Assembly (NCBI GenBank): GCA_046757025.1
Contig: JBHHXN010000003.1
Location: 1-64,000 of the forward strand
Reading direction: 5' to 3'
DNA: 64,000 nt
From: a bacterium
GTDB taxonomy: Bacteria > Zhuqueibacterota > Zhuqueibacteria > Oceanimicrobiales > Oceanimicrobiaceae
Shown here: positions 1-8,843 of the stretch, piece after piece
Layout of the letters: each line of letters begins with the position of its first letter
Position numbering within the stretch: the stretch's first letter is position 1
Translations under genes and position numbers: made by a program
The notes under the pieces: generated by a model
Seen by the model: the letters and a program-made list of their open reading frames with translations, nothing else
Database searches by the model: none
Told to the model about the DNA's origin: nothing

Positions 1-232
1 AAATTCCGTAATCTAAATACCAAAACTGATTCTCAAAGGACAAAGGACCGAGGACTAAGGACACTCCCGGCACCGTTCACAGCCCCCCCCTTTAATTCCC
101 CCTCAAGGGGGAAATAAGCAAGTCCGCCCTCGCGGGAAAAGCAACTCAATTGCCGAATCGAATTCTAAATGACTAAATGCTCTATTCCAAAAAGAGTTGT
201 AGGGTTCCCAGGATGCAATAGCCGCTGCCGCT

Positions 233-313
233 CTTCACCCGGAGTCCCGAAAGGAATTCGGGAAAGGGTTAAATTCATTGTTTCCCGAATCTGATTTGGG
301 ACTCACCATGAAG
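233..313. repeat. REP-like doublet (inverted pair of small hairpins)
   Basis: Nested inverted repeats: cttca/tgaag, gagtccc(242-248)/gggactc(298-304), attcgggaaa/tttcccgaat. Each half is itself a hairpin. Confidence 0.55.
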
Positions 314-386
314 TCAGGTACGCGACAAATAATTTTAAAATGGACACGAAGTTTCCGCTCTGGACGATGATGGCGCGAAAGGGGTG

Positions 387-983
387 TTATCTGACTTTTT
401 GATCCGCTCTTTTCAAGTTTTCAGTGGGTTGGCTCAACGAGCCAAACATGGTAATGTATTTCACCATGGCATTGTATTTATTTGTCAGCTCTTCAGCCGC
501 GCTAACCCGTATTCCAAAATTATAAAAATACGATTTTTCTCGACTGTCAAGACAAACTTTCACTAGCGCGTTGCTCGCCTCAAAAAGTTTAAAACAAAGG
601 AGATCAAAGTTTAATAAAAAATCCAAGGCAAGATCGTAAGAGGATTGTTCGATTTTATTGATCAAATTCGGTTTGGGTAAACCAAAGAAGTTGATGTCAT
701 TTTTCGAAAATGTCAAAATGTTGACTTTCACACGGCTGTCAAGGATACTTTTCATTTCATGGCGGGTGATGACCGTGATTTTCCATTTCGATTTTTTATC
801 GATCAAATTTTCCAGTGCATGCAAAGCCGCTCCAAAGTGTTCTATTTTTTCGGGCATGAAAATCAGGACATTTTTCACGCGCTGCATGTGCTCGTTGATG
901 TTGATGCTTGGCAGCTGATTTGTAAATCGATATTTGATACGAAGTCCAGCGCCAATTAATTTGTTAGATATTTTTTTAATCAT
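387..983 (-). CDS. Hypothetical protein resembling the N-terminal lobe of GT9 heptosyltransferases (DUF6913-like)
   Basis: 198-aa ORF with VKNVLIFMP and YDLALDF segments typical of GT9-like N-terminal domains. It follows the HhH-barrel gene. Confidence 0.55.
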   Translation of the reverse strand: MIKKISNKLIGAGLRIKYRFTNQLPSININEHMQRVKNVLIFMPEKIEHFGAALHALENLIDKKSKWKITVITRHEMKSILDSRVKVNILTFSKNDINFFGLPKPNLINKIEQSSYDLALDFLLNFDLLCFKLFEASNALVKVCLDSREKSYFYNFGIRVSAAEELTNKYNAMVKYITMFGSLSQPTENLKRADQKVR

Positions 984-1062
984 AATTGAACAGAAATTAA
1001 TTCAAAATAACGGGTTGTCAAATATAATGAAATTATCATGACGTAGTCAATAAATAATTTGG

Positions 1063-3147
1063 CTAAAGTTTTAAATCCATTTGAAAACCGAAACGGCGAT
1101 CGAGGTTGCCCGTCAGCCGGTCCCAACCGCTGCCGATGACGTGCTGATCATCGCGACAGGTTTCTGAATATTTAAAATGAAACTGCATAAAATTGACAGC
1201 CTGGTATTTGATGATGAGATACCATTTATTTCCTCTGCCTGAAAAGCCGATGTTTGTCATGACTCCCGGCAGGTCCTGTTCGTACTGATAAATTCTCGAT
1301 TCAAACGAGTCGATATCAAAAAAGGTCAGCCTTGCAATTACCTGCAATTTTTTTGTAGGATTTATCTTCATTTCCTGGTACATCAAATAACCGTGATTTG
1401 AAGAATCCCGGACTTCAAAATGCCATCGGTATTTTTTGTAGTGCGCAAATTCAATACGCGAACGCAGACGCACCCGGTTAGAAATTCGATAGTCCATTTG
1501 CAGCCGCAGTTGGGTTTTACGGCTGTTGACGGTTCTAAATTTGTCGCGTTCAAATTCGTCAAAATATTTTTCGTTTTTTTGTTCTTGCTTATCGCGAATA
1601 CGAAAAAGGAGTTTTACTTTTCCACCAATTTTTTGTTCAATCTGACCGAGAAATTCGCGGCCATCTGTGGGCATGCGGTTAAAATAAGTGCTCCAGGGAT
1701 TTTTGAAGATATCGAAAAATGCATTGACCACGGTGGCACTGGTAAGCTGATAGCGGAGGCCGGTGTAGTAACCCCGTTCGTTTTGCGTAGCGCCGTTGGA
1801 TTCACCAAATCCAAATCCGTGCAAATTCTGAAATTCTTTTTTATAATCCCGGAAAAGCCATGCCAGTTGCAACTTGCCCAAATCCGTTTGTGCGCCGGCC
1901 AGAAAGGCTCGGCCTCCGCTTTGCGAAAGGGCGACCTCGCCAAAAAGATTCCATCGCCGACTTTGCCAGAGCCAATTTAAACCGATGACGCTGTTTTGGC
2001 GACCGCGAAATTTAAAGTGGTTGCGCAAGGTGTCCGGCGCGCTCAACAGCTTGTCGAATCGGGAACGGTAAAAGGATAGCCCAATAGAAACGCCTTTTGA
2101 GTATTTATACTGCACATGCCCCCCAAACACGGATTCCGCAAGAACATCTTTTTTTAGTTTTTCTGCTGGATTGCGGTGAAAACCGCTGGTAAATATGCCA
2201 GACACCGTGTCTTGAGAAATAGGGGTCGCATCCAATTTATTTGTGGAAGCAAATGCGGTGATCTGAAAAGCGCCGGCGGAGAATTTTAGTCCCCCGCCTC
2301 GGAAGCCAGCGTTTTCATCTACTGAGGTGTATTTAATAAGACCGCGGGCTCTTTTGCGAATTGGGAAAATGCTGTCCGAGCTTTTAGAGAAGCCATACGG
2401 TCCCCAGAGCACCAGCCCCTGCCCAAATTCCAGTTGAAAATGGCCTACCAGCAAAGCGAGATGTTCATGAACCCGCAAGGAAAGATAAAATAACCGCAAA
2501 TCATCCAGACGACTTTCCCCGCTGTCTTTTTCCAAAACCAGCCCCCCTTCTACTTTTTGATGTAGCTGACACTGCAGCTTGTGATAGATTTTTTGCGGTG
2601 TGCTTTGATATTTACCATTAGTAAATCCGATGGGTCGGTCGATTCGATCCGACAAGCGTGCCCGCCAGCGGATTCGACGTTTGGGTAAGACGGCCGCTTT
2701 TTCTTTATCAAGGTAAACCAAATCCCGGATGAATTCGAAAATTTCGAAATCGATATCGGGCACCAAAAGCAAATCCAATTTGGACTGAAACGGCCCGTTT
2801 TGCTGTCGGTAGTTTAGGATTTCCCGAATCATTCTGGAGGACAATCCAGGAATGTTTTCGAGATCGTGCGCGGTGGCGGTATTGAGCTCGATGGGGTTTT
2901 CCTTTAAATTGAGAATGATTTCAACCAGATCCGATTGCTCTGAATTTTCGCTCTGCTCCTCCAAAAGCTTCTCCATCATGGTTTCCTGTCCGAAGGCCAA
3001 TATAGCCGTACTGAAAAGAAAAATGGCAGCGGCGCAACAGGTCAGGCCTTTTTTGATTAATGACTCTGTTGTTAATGTCGAAGAAACAGTTAACCTGAGT
3101 CCCGAAGTGAATTTTTGAAAGGCCGTAAACTGTTGTTTTTTCTTCAT
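1063..3147 (-). CDS. Helix-hairpin-helix (ComEA-like) domain plus predicted outer-membrane beta-barrel protein
   Basis: Hydrophobic signal, then IELNTATAHDLENIPGLS..ILNYRQQNGPFQSKLDLLLVP (HhH/ComEA motif). A long run of alternating beta-strands ends in FGFQMDLKL. Confidence 0.8.
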   Translation of the reverse strand: MKKKQQFTAFQKFTSGLRLTVSSTLTTESLIKKGLTCCAAAIFLFSTAILAFGQETMMEKLLEEQSENSEQSDLVEIILNLKENPIELNTATAHDLENIPGLSSRMIREILNYRQQNGPFQSKLDLLLVPDIDFEIFEFIRDLVYLDKEKAAVLPKRRIRWRARLSDRIDRPIGFTNGKYQSTPQKIYHKLQCQLHQKVEGGLVLEKDSGESRLDDLRLFYLSLRVHEHLALLVGHFQLEFGQGLVLWGPYGFSKSSDSIFPIRKRARGLIKYTSVDENAGFRGGGLKFSAGAFQITAFASTNKLDATPISQDTVSGIFTSGFHRNPAEKLKKDVLAESVFGGHVQYKYSKGVSIGLSFYRSRFDKLLSAPDTLRNHFKFRGRQNSVIGLNWLWQSRRWNLFGEVALSQSGGRAFLAGAQTDLGKLQLAWLFRDYKKEFQNLHGFGFGESNGATQNERGYYTGLRYQLTSATVVNAFFDIFKNPWSTYFNRMPTDGREFLGQIEQKIGGKVKLLFRIRDKQEQKNEKYFDEFERDKFRTVNSRKTQLRLQMDYRISNRVRLRSRIEFAHYKKYRWHFEVRDSSNHGYLMYQEMKINPTKKLQVIARLTFFDIDSFESRIYQYEQDLPGVMTNIGFSGRGNKWYLIIKYQAVNFMQFHFKYSETCRDDQHVIGSGWDRLTGNLDRRFGFQMDLKL

Positions 3148-3232
3148 GTTTCGACTCCACTCAGCATGAAGATTGAGGGAAAATGGACTTAATCAACAGA
3201 GTCATTAATGACTTCATCTTTGTAACTCACAG

Positions 3233-4435
3233 TTATTGACCGGCCTTCTGCTCCACGAAAACATGGCCGCGAATTTTGATGAATATTTTTTTCCCGATGC
3301 CCGGTACCAGCAGCAGCTCTGCAATTTTTTGAAAGGCGCCTTTTTCCAGGCGGTAGTCTAAAATGGCCTGCGCTAATACCTCGCCGATCCCGGGTAGCCG
3401 CATGAGATCGCCTTTGTCAGCCACGTTGAGATTGATTTTCGCGGCGATGCTCAAAGAGTCGTTTTCAGATTTGGCGTGTTCTGGCAGCTCCGGAGTTTCG
3501 AGCACTTGTGGTTGAATAGCGACCACCGGCTCTTCAGGCCACTCTGGCGACTTTTTATTGAAACGAATGGATACGGACATTTGGTGGGTCAGACCGAGGT
3601 CGTTGTGTGTAAAAAAGGCATAATCAACGGTAAACTGGCGAAGCGTCAGGCCGAAGCCGGCCGCAAATCGGCTGGGATGACTAGCTGTGCCCAAGCGCAA
3701 CGCCAGACGGTCCCGCAGCTTGATCTCCGTTCCAAAACGAGCTTCCACGGGGAAACGTACGTCCTTACACAGCTCGAAAGTCAATAGGACATTTTTGTAA
3801 GGCGCCGTCGAAATGCCGGTCTTGAAAATTTGCGGTAGGTTTTCATTTGTTTGTCCTATTTGCGGACGGTTGAGGTTTTTAGTTTGAAAGCCCCAGGTAA
3901 TTCTTGAAGTAAACGGCACCAGCAGGCCCACATCCAGCCCCAGGGTCGCGTCGGTTCCATAATTACTGATTTGAATTCTTTGAAAATTGACACTTATCCC
4001 GTAGTAGAGCTTTTTTTGATAGTGATGACTATAAGCCAAGGTAAATGCTTGTTCTTTGTAAAGGCGGTTTCCCAGACTTATCATGCCCAAACTAATTTGG
4101 CGTTTTGCCAACGGAAAACTCACCGACACCGCACCATAATTCAGCTCCGCTAAGCCGAATGGCTTTTGGTAGAATAGCGAAAGTTCGGGTGCTTCCAGCA
4201 GGCTTAAACCGGCGGGGTTGAGGAAAACCGCGTCGGCTGTGTTGGCCACAGCCACATACGTCCCCGCCATGCCCAGCGAGCGCGCACCGACGGGCAGCGC
4301 CTCCAGGCCGGCTAACACATCCGTACTCCAAACGAATAACAACGCTGTTTGCATTTTCAGCAGGGAAATAAATCCTCTTGTAAAATTCGCAGGCAGTCTG
4401 GCTACAGTTAAATGCTTTTTAGGATTTGAATTCAT
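3233..4435 (-). CDS. PorV/PorQ-like beta-barrel fused to a C-terminal ComEA-type HhH domain
   Basis: N-terminal VGARSLGMAG..VFLNPAGL signature of PorV/FadL-type barrels, a Pro/Glu-rich linker, then KINLNVADKGDLMRLPGIGEVLAQAILDYR..VPGIGKK. Confidence 0.8.
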   Translation of the reverse strand: MNSNPKKHLTVARLPANFTRGFISLLKMQTALLFVWSTDVLAGLEALPVGARSLGMAGTYVAVANTADAVFLNPAGLSLLEAPELSLFYQKPFGLAELNYGAVSVSFPLAKRQISLGMISLGNRLYKEQAFTLAYSHHYQKKLYYGISVNFQRIQISNYGTDATLGLDVGLLVPFTSRITWGFQTKNLNRPQIGQTNENLPQIFKTGISTAPYKNVLLTFELCKDVRFPVEARFGTEIKLRDRLALRLGTASHPSRFAAGFGLTLRQFTVDYAFFTHNDLGLTHQMSVSIRFNKKSPEWPEEPVVAIQPQVLETPELPEHAKSENDSLSIAAKINLNVADKGDLMRLPGIGEVLAQAILDYRLEKGAFQKIAELLLVPGIGKKIFIKIRGHVFVEQKAGQ

Positions 4436-4593
4436 TTTGTCATGACGATTTGCTTTAATCTACAATGGACAATTGAATCTTTTCTAAAACCACTTACTTT
4501 GAAAACAACTGAATTGTATCACATCTGAGAAAGGTGTTTCATTTTAATGCACAATAATGAGTAAAAATTACCGTTACTGTGGCCGATTTTTTC

Positions 4594-4609
4594 TGGCATG
4601 ATTGTTGAT
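4594..4609 (+). promoter_or_regulatory. Candidate sigma-54 (-24/-12) promoter
   Basis: TGGCATGATTGTTGAT versus consensus TGGCACGNNNNTTGCW, with correct spacing and GA instead of GC at -12. It lies about 85 nt upstream of the next ATG. Confidence 0.4.
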
Positions 4610-4693
4610 ATAGACCATTGCGGTGGTCGTAACCGTTCTTAAACAACTTCAATTCTTTTCACAATTCATGGACAATCTTTGGAGGTGATGGCC

Positions 4694-5326
4694 ATGAAAA
4701 GTATCCCATTTATTTTTGTTTCACTTCTTGGGGTCGTAGCCAGTATCATTGAAATAAAAAACGATTTTATCAGCTCGCACATTGTGTCGTCCGATGTTTT
4801 GATGCTGATCATGGTGTTATTATTTGTCATGATACTTGGGCTGCTTTTTCATTTGACCCGCGATAAAAAGGACCCGGAAGAGAGAGCATCGAAAATGAGC
4901 ACCTTGGATATTTGCAAAAATCCCAAACTGGTCATTGAAAAATACAATACGCTCAAAGAAAATTATAACGAAGTGCTGCTATCGCGCAATCAATTGAAAG
5001 CCATAATTAACCTTTATAAAATGCGTTGTAACGAATCGCAAAAGATTCTCGATTCGGCTTGTGTGAATATCGACAATTCCAATCAGGTGATCGACATTTT
5101 TAAGACCCAGATTCATGAACAACGGAGTTTTGTGAAAGAGCTCATTCAACTGCTCATCACGTACGATAGAAATTATAGTGTCTTTCTGAAACGAGAAGAA
5201 AGCTTAACTGCAAAATACGAGCAACTGCTGGCAAGCTACGGAATTTTGTTGACCCGGCATTTGCATGAAAATAAATCCTGGCTCAATAATTATCAGGAAT
5301 TTCGCCACGACAAGATTTTGCGCTAA
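4694..5326 (+). CDS. Hypothetical membrane protein (two N-terminal hydrophobic helices plus predicted coiled coil)
   Basis: GGAGGTG RBS before ATG 4694. Two hydrophobic segments are followed by a helical, heptad-like region. Confidence 0.65.
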   Translation: MKSIPFIFVSLLGVVASIIEIKNDFISSHIVSSDVLMLIMVLLFVMILGLLFHLTRDKKDPEERASKMSTLDICKNPKLVIEKYNTLKENYNEVLLSRNQLKAIINLYKMRCNESQKILDSACVNIDNSNQVIDIFKTQIHEQRSFVKELIQLLITYDRNYSVFLKREESLTAKYEQLLASYGILLTRHLHENKSWLNNYQEFRHDKILR

Positions 5327-5545
5327 CCATGGCCTCGCACATCTTCTCACTTTCCTCTTGCTCAAGCCTGGATTTGTTTTAATGGATCTGAATCGAGCAG
5401 GCTAAAGCCCACCGCATCAGCAGCCCCTGCTGAATAAAGTCAAGACAAAATTCTCTTGATTATCTGAATCGATTTGTTATATTCTTGGATAGAAGTGATC
5501 CGAACCAAAAGATTTTTCTCCACACTTTTTGAGGAGGGGTTCATC

Positions 5546-6421
5546 GTGTTTTCTAAAAAACATCGTTCGCTCTTCGGTTTATTTTTTTTGATTATCCTGT
5601 TTCTGTTTTGCCACAGCGCCATGCTGCTGGCTGGCTCGGTTAAGGCCAATGTCACGGTCATCATCGATAAGTTACCCATCGATGAGCAGGAAAAGATGAA
5701 GAAATTCCACGTGGTTCTCAAAGAATACATCGAAAATGCCAACTGGTTTGAGGGTGAGGAAGCGGTGCCGGTGGAAGTGACTTTGCAGCTCTTTCTTACG
5801 GATATCCCCACGAGCATCGAAGACCGATTTCATTGTGAATTTCTCATTTCCAGCTCCGATGTGCAGTACTTTGACAAACGAGTGCGATTTCCGTATCAGA
5901 GCGGCGAAACCCTCGTTTACAGCGAGCAAATTGTCGAACCGTTGACCGGGGTGATCGATTTTTATGTGAACATGGTTTTGGCCAATGAATTGGACAAATA
6001 CCAGAGTTTCGGCGGCGACATTTATTACAAACGTGCATTGGGTATCGCCGCGCTTGGCAAATTTGTACGCACGGAATTCATTCTCGGCTGGACCGAGCGC
6101 GAAGAGCTGATCAAACGCGTATTCAAAGAACCGTTCATCACATTTCGCAAAATGAAGGATTTCTATTTTTACGGCCTCTATGTTATCAAAGAAAACCTCA
6201 CTGAAGCGCGCGAAAATATTCTAAAAGCATTCGATCTTTTGGAAATCGTCCTTGAGAAAAAAGTCGATATGGATGAACCGGGACAATTTATCAATGCCCA
6301 TTATTTAGAATTTATTGAAATTTTTAAAGAGTATGAAAACAAAAACGAAGTGTTTAAAAAATTGATAAAACTCGACCCCAATCACAAGAAGTTGTACGTG
6401 GTGCATGCCGGTGATTCGTAA
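5546..6421 (+). CDS. DUF4835-like exported protein (family annotated PorD in Bacteroidota T9SS)
   Basis: GAGGAGG RBS before GTG 5546, signal peptide, VKANVTV..LKEYIENANW and YFDK..FPY..LTGVIDFYVNMVLANELDKY..GGDIYY pattern. Confidence 0.65.
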   Translation: MFSKKHRSLFGLFFLIILFLFCHSAMLLAGSVKANVTVIIDKLPIDEQEKMKKFHVVLKEYIENANWFEGEEAVPVEVTLQLFLTDIPTSIEDRFHCEFLISSSDVQYFDKRVRFPYQSGETLVYSEQIVEPLTGVIDFYVNMVLANELDKYQSFGGDIYYKRALGIAALGKFVRTEFILGWTEREELIKRVFKEPFITFRKMKDFYFYGLYVIKENLTEARENILKAFDLLEIVLEKKVDMDEPGQFINAHYLEFIEIFKEYENKNEVFKKLIKLDPNHKKLYVVHAGDS

Positions 6422-6671
6422 ATCACTGGATCAATATAAATTTATTTTTAACTAAATCAAGAATTTTATCCACTTGCAAGAAATCTTTGTCAGCTTATCA
6501 TTGCCGTGTCGTCAATTTTGCAGCCCGCCTTTTTGAGTGAAAATTCGTCTGTTCAATAAAATGCCTTTTTGTTTCATCTTTCAACGAATTGCTCTGGATT
6601 TTCGTATCACCAGATGAATCCGCTTTAATTCAAATTAACTGTTATTCAATCAGATTCAGGCTTTAAAATTT

Positions 6672-7274
6672 GTGCTGCCGCGCCACGACGCTAAAAACTT
6701 CACCGACCAGAAATTGATGAAAGCCGCTCAAAATGGGGAAATGGAAGCGTTTCGCTTGTTGGTCGGGCGCTACCAGAACCGGGTGTTTTCCGTAGCCAAC
6801 CGCATTCTCAACAATCCCGAAGACGCTAAAGACGTGACCCAGGAGGTGTTTGTACGATTGTTTCACAAGCGCGAGCAGTTCAACACCCGCAATAAATTCT
6901 ATACCTGGCTTTACCGAATCGTGGTGAATCTTTGTTATGATTATTTGAGAAAATATCGAAGATTTGTGCACTGTTCCATCGAAGAAATGCCGCAAAACAC
7001 CGCTGAATTGTTCATCCCTGCTAACGACTGCGCTGACGAGATTCACGACAAAGTTGATGAACTGCTGCTGCTCTTGAGCACCCCTCAGAAAACGGCTTTT
7101 ATTTTGCGGGAAATAGAAGGATTTTCTTGTAAAGAAATCGCCAGAATTATGGGTCGTCCTGCTGGCACCGTTCGCAGTTATTTATTTCATGCGAGAAAAA
7201 AATTAAAAGATCTCATAGAAAAAAAATATCCCGAATTTTTAGAAGGTCATTCACATGAAGTGCAAACAGGTTGA
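6672..7274 (+). CDS. ECF RNA polymerase sigma-70 factor
   Basis: Region 2 DAKDVTQEVF..FYTWLYRIVVNLCYD and region 4 GFSCKEIARIMGRPAGTVRSYLFHAR. Confidence 0.93.
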   Translation: MLPRHDAKNFTDQKLMKAAQNGEMEAFRLLVGRYQNRVFSVANRILNNPEDAKDVTQEVFVRLFHKREQFNTRNKFYTWLYRIVVNLCYDYLRKYRRFVHCSIEEMPQNTAELFIPANDCADEIHDKVDELLLLLSTPQKTAFILREIEGFSCKEIARIMGRPAGTVRSYLFHARKKLKDLIEKKYPEFLEGHSHEVQTG

Positions 7275-7791
7275 GCAAAAATTACCATTGTATGTGGGGC
7301 GAGATTTATCGAAATGGCAAAACTTTCTTTTGTCCTGGCATGTGCGTTCATGCAGTGACTGCCAGGAAAAATTGGCCAGATTTAAAGCCGTGAGAAAATT
7401 TTTTATTCAGAAATTGCAGGAAGAAACCAAACGAGAAAGCGCGGTGGACGTCTGGCCGGCGTTGAGCACAAGCCTCTCTTTCCCGAGCAAGACAAAGCCT
7501 GTTCAATCGGGCTGGAAAATAATTTGGCGGTTCCGCTACCGCCGGCGGGTAATTTTCGTGGCCGGCCTGTTTGTGCTCATTTTTACTCTTTTTGTACAAT
7601 TGCGGCAAAACGTGTTCAATAAAACGCCGTCTGTAAGTGAGAACCCTGCACCGGAAGAGCTCATCTTGGCAACGAATTATCCGGTGGTCGAAAGCACGCC
7701 GGCAGCGGGAACCACGGTCATGACTTTTCAAACCAAGAACCCCAAAATCAAAATCGTGTGGTTTTTTAAAGATGAAACAAAAGCAAAGTAA
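7255..7791 (+). CDS. Zinc-binding (zf-HC2) membrane anti-sigma factor
   Basis: MKC..HVRSCSDC (HxxxCxxC) and one TM helix. It overlaps the 3' end of the sigma gene. Confidence 0.85.
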   Translation: MKCKQVEQKLPLYVGRDLSKWQNFLLSWHVRSCSDCQEKLARFKAVRKFFIQKLQEETKRESAVDVWPALSTSLSFPSKTKPVQSGWKIIWRFRYRRRVIFVAGLFVLIFTLFVQLRQNVFNKTPSVSENPAPEELILATNYPVVESTPAAGTTVMTFQTKNPKIKIVWFFKDETKAK

Positions 7792-7809
7792 CTCAAGGAG
7801 AAATCGATC

Positions 7810-8757
7810 ATGAAACGCAAATTCATTTTATTTGCCATCGCGGCTGTGCTGAACGGCTATCCTTTATCCGCACAAAATGAGCCACCCGCTGCACCGGCAA
7901 TCTATTCGATCATCAAAGGGAAAATTACCGATTCCATCAAAAAAAAGCCCATCAGTGGGGCTAAGATTATTTTCGATCAGATTAGACAGGGCACGGTTTC
8001 CAATGCCAAAGGGGAATATGAAATGAAGTTGCAAGTGGGACCGTTTGTGACGTCGGTTCGAGTTGTAGCCGACGGCTACAATGAAAAACGGTACCGGGAT
8101 GTGGTATTGAATCCAGAACAAGCAACGGTATTGAATGTGGAGCTGGAAAAAACGCAAAAACTGGAAAAGCGGATCTTTCACGTCCATTACCGCAACCCCC
8201 ATGAAATCGCCCGTGCCATGGAAAATCTCCTTAGTCAGCGCGCGAAAGTATCTACTGAGCTGAAAACCATCAGCGAGGTAAATACGCCGGCGGTGCTCAA
8301 AAAAATTGCAAATCGTTTGCAGGAGCTCGATGTGCCGTTTAAAAAAATCTGGTTAGAAGTGACGATCGTTCGGGCTTTTCGGGGCGAGAACAAAAGTGCC
8401 TCCCTACCAGCAGAACTGAATGCGGTGGCAAAGCAGCTCACGTCTTTGTTTAAATTCAACCATTATGAAGTTATCGGTAAAGCACACGCTTTTGGCACTG
8501 AAGGTTCGGTTTTGCGGTTTAGCTCACCGAGCAGCGATCCGGACCTGGGTACATTTAATGTCCAGACCAGATTAGAATGGACCAAAGACATTATCAGTTT
8601 GAAAGATATAAAAATCCAATTTCAGAAGTCGAATGCGAATTACATCGAAACCACGGTGAACATAAAAAACGATGAGACCCTCATTTTGGGCGTATCTCAG
8701 GGACCGATGGAAAAGGGCGCTCTTTTAACCGTGGTGAAAGCCCGGGTACTGGACTAA
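7810..8757 (+). CDS. Exported protein: carboxypeptidase-regulatory-like domain, secretin-N (NolW-like) domain and short secretin-like C-terminus
   Basis: IKGKITDS..PISGAKI..GTVSNAKGEY, then RIFHVHYRNPHEIA..LQELDVPFKKIWLEVTIV, ending IETTVNIKNDETLILG. Confidence 0.65.
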   Translation: MKRKFILFAIAAVLNGYPLSAQNEPPAAPAIYSIIKGKITDSIKKKPISGAKIIFDQIRQGTVSNAKGEYEMKLQVGPFVTSVRVVADGYNEKRYRDVVLNPEQATVLNVELEKTQKLEKRIFHVHYRNPHEIARAMENLLSQRAKVSTELKTISEVNTPAVLKKIANRLQELDVPFKKIWLEVTIVRAFRGENKSASLPAELNAVAKQLTSLFKFNHYEVIGKAHAFGTEGSVLRFSSPSSDPDLGTFNVQTRLEWTKDIISLKDIKIQFQKSNANYIETTVNIKNDETLILGVSQGPMEKGALLTVVKARVLD

Positions 8758-8843
8758 ATCCCACAGAATTGAAAGTGAACGAAAACCGCCGCATCGATAT
8801 GAGCAAGTCGTTTGTACGCACCGCCGCAAAAATGCGTTTATCC

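Noticed and set aside
190..345. 6S or SRP RNA at the window start
   Set aside because: The long pairing is explained by an inverted pair of REP-like hairpins, and the SRP core motif is absent.
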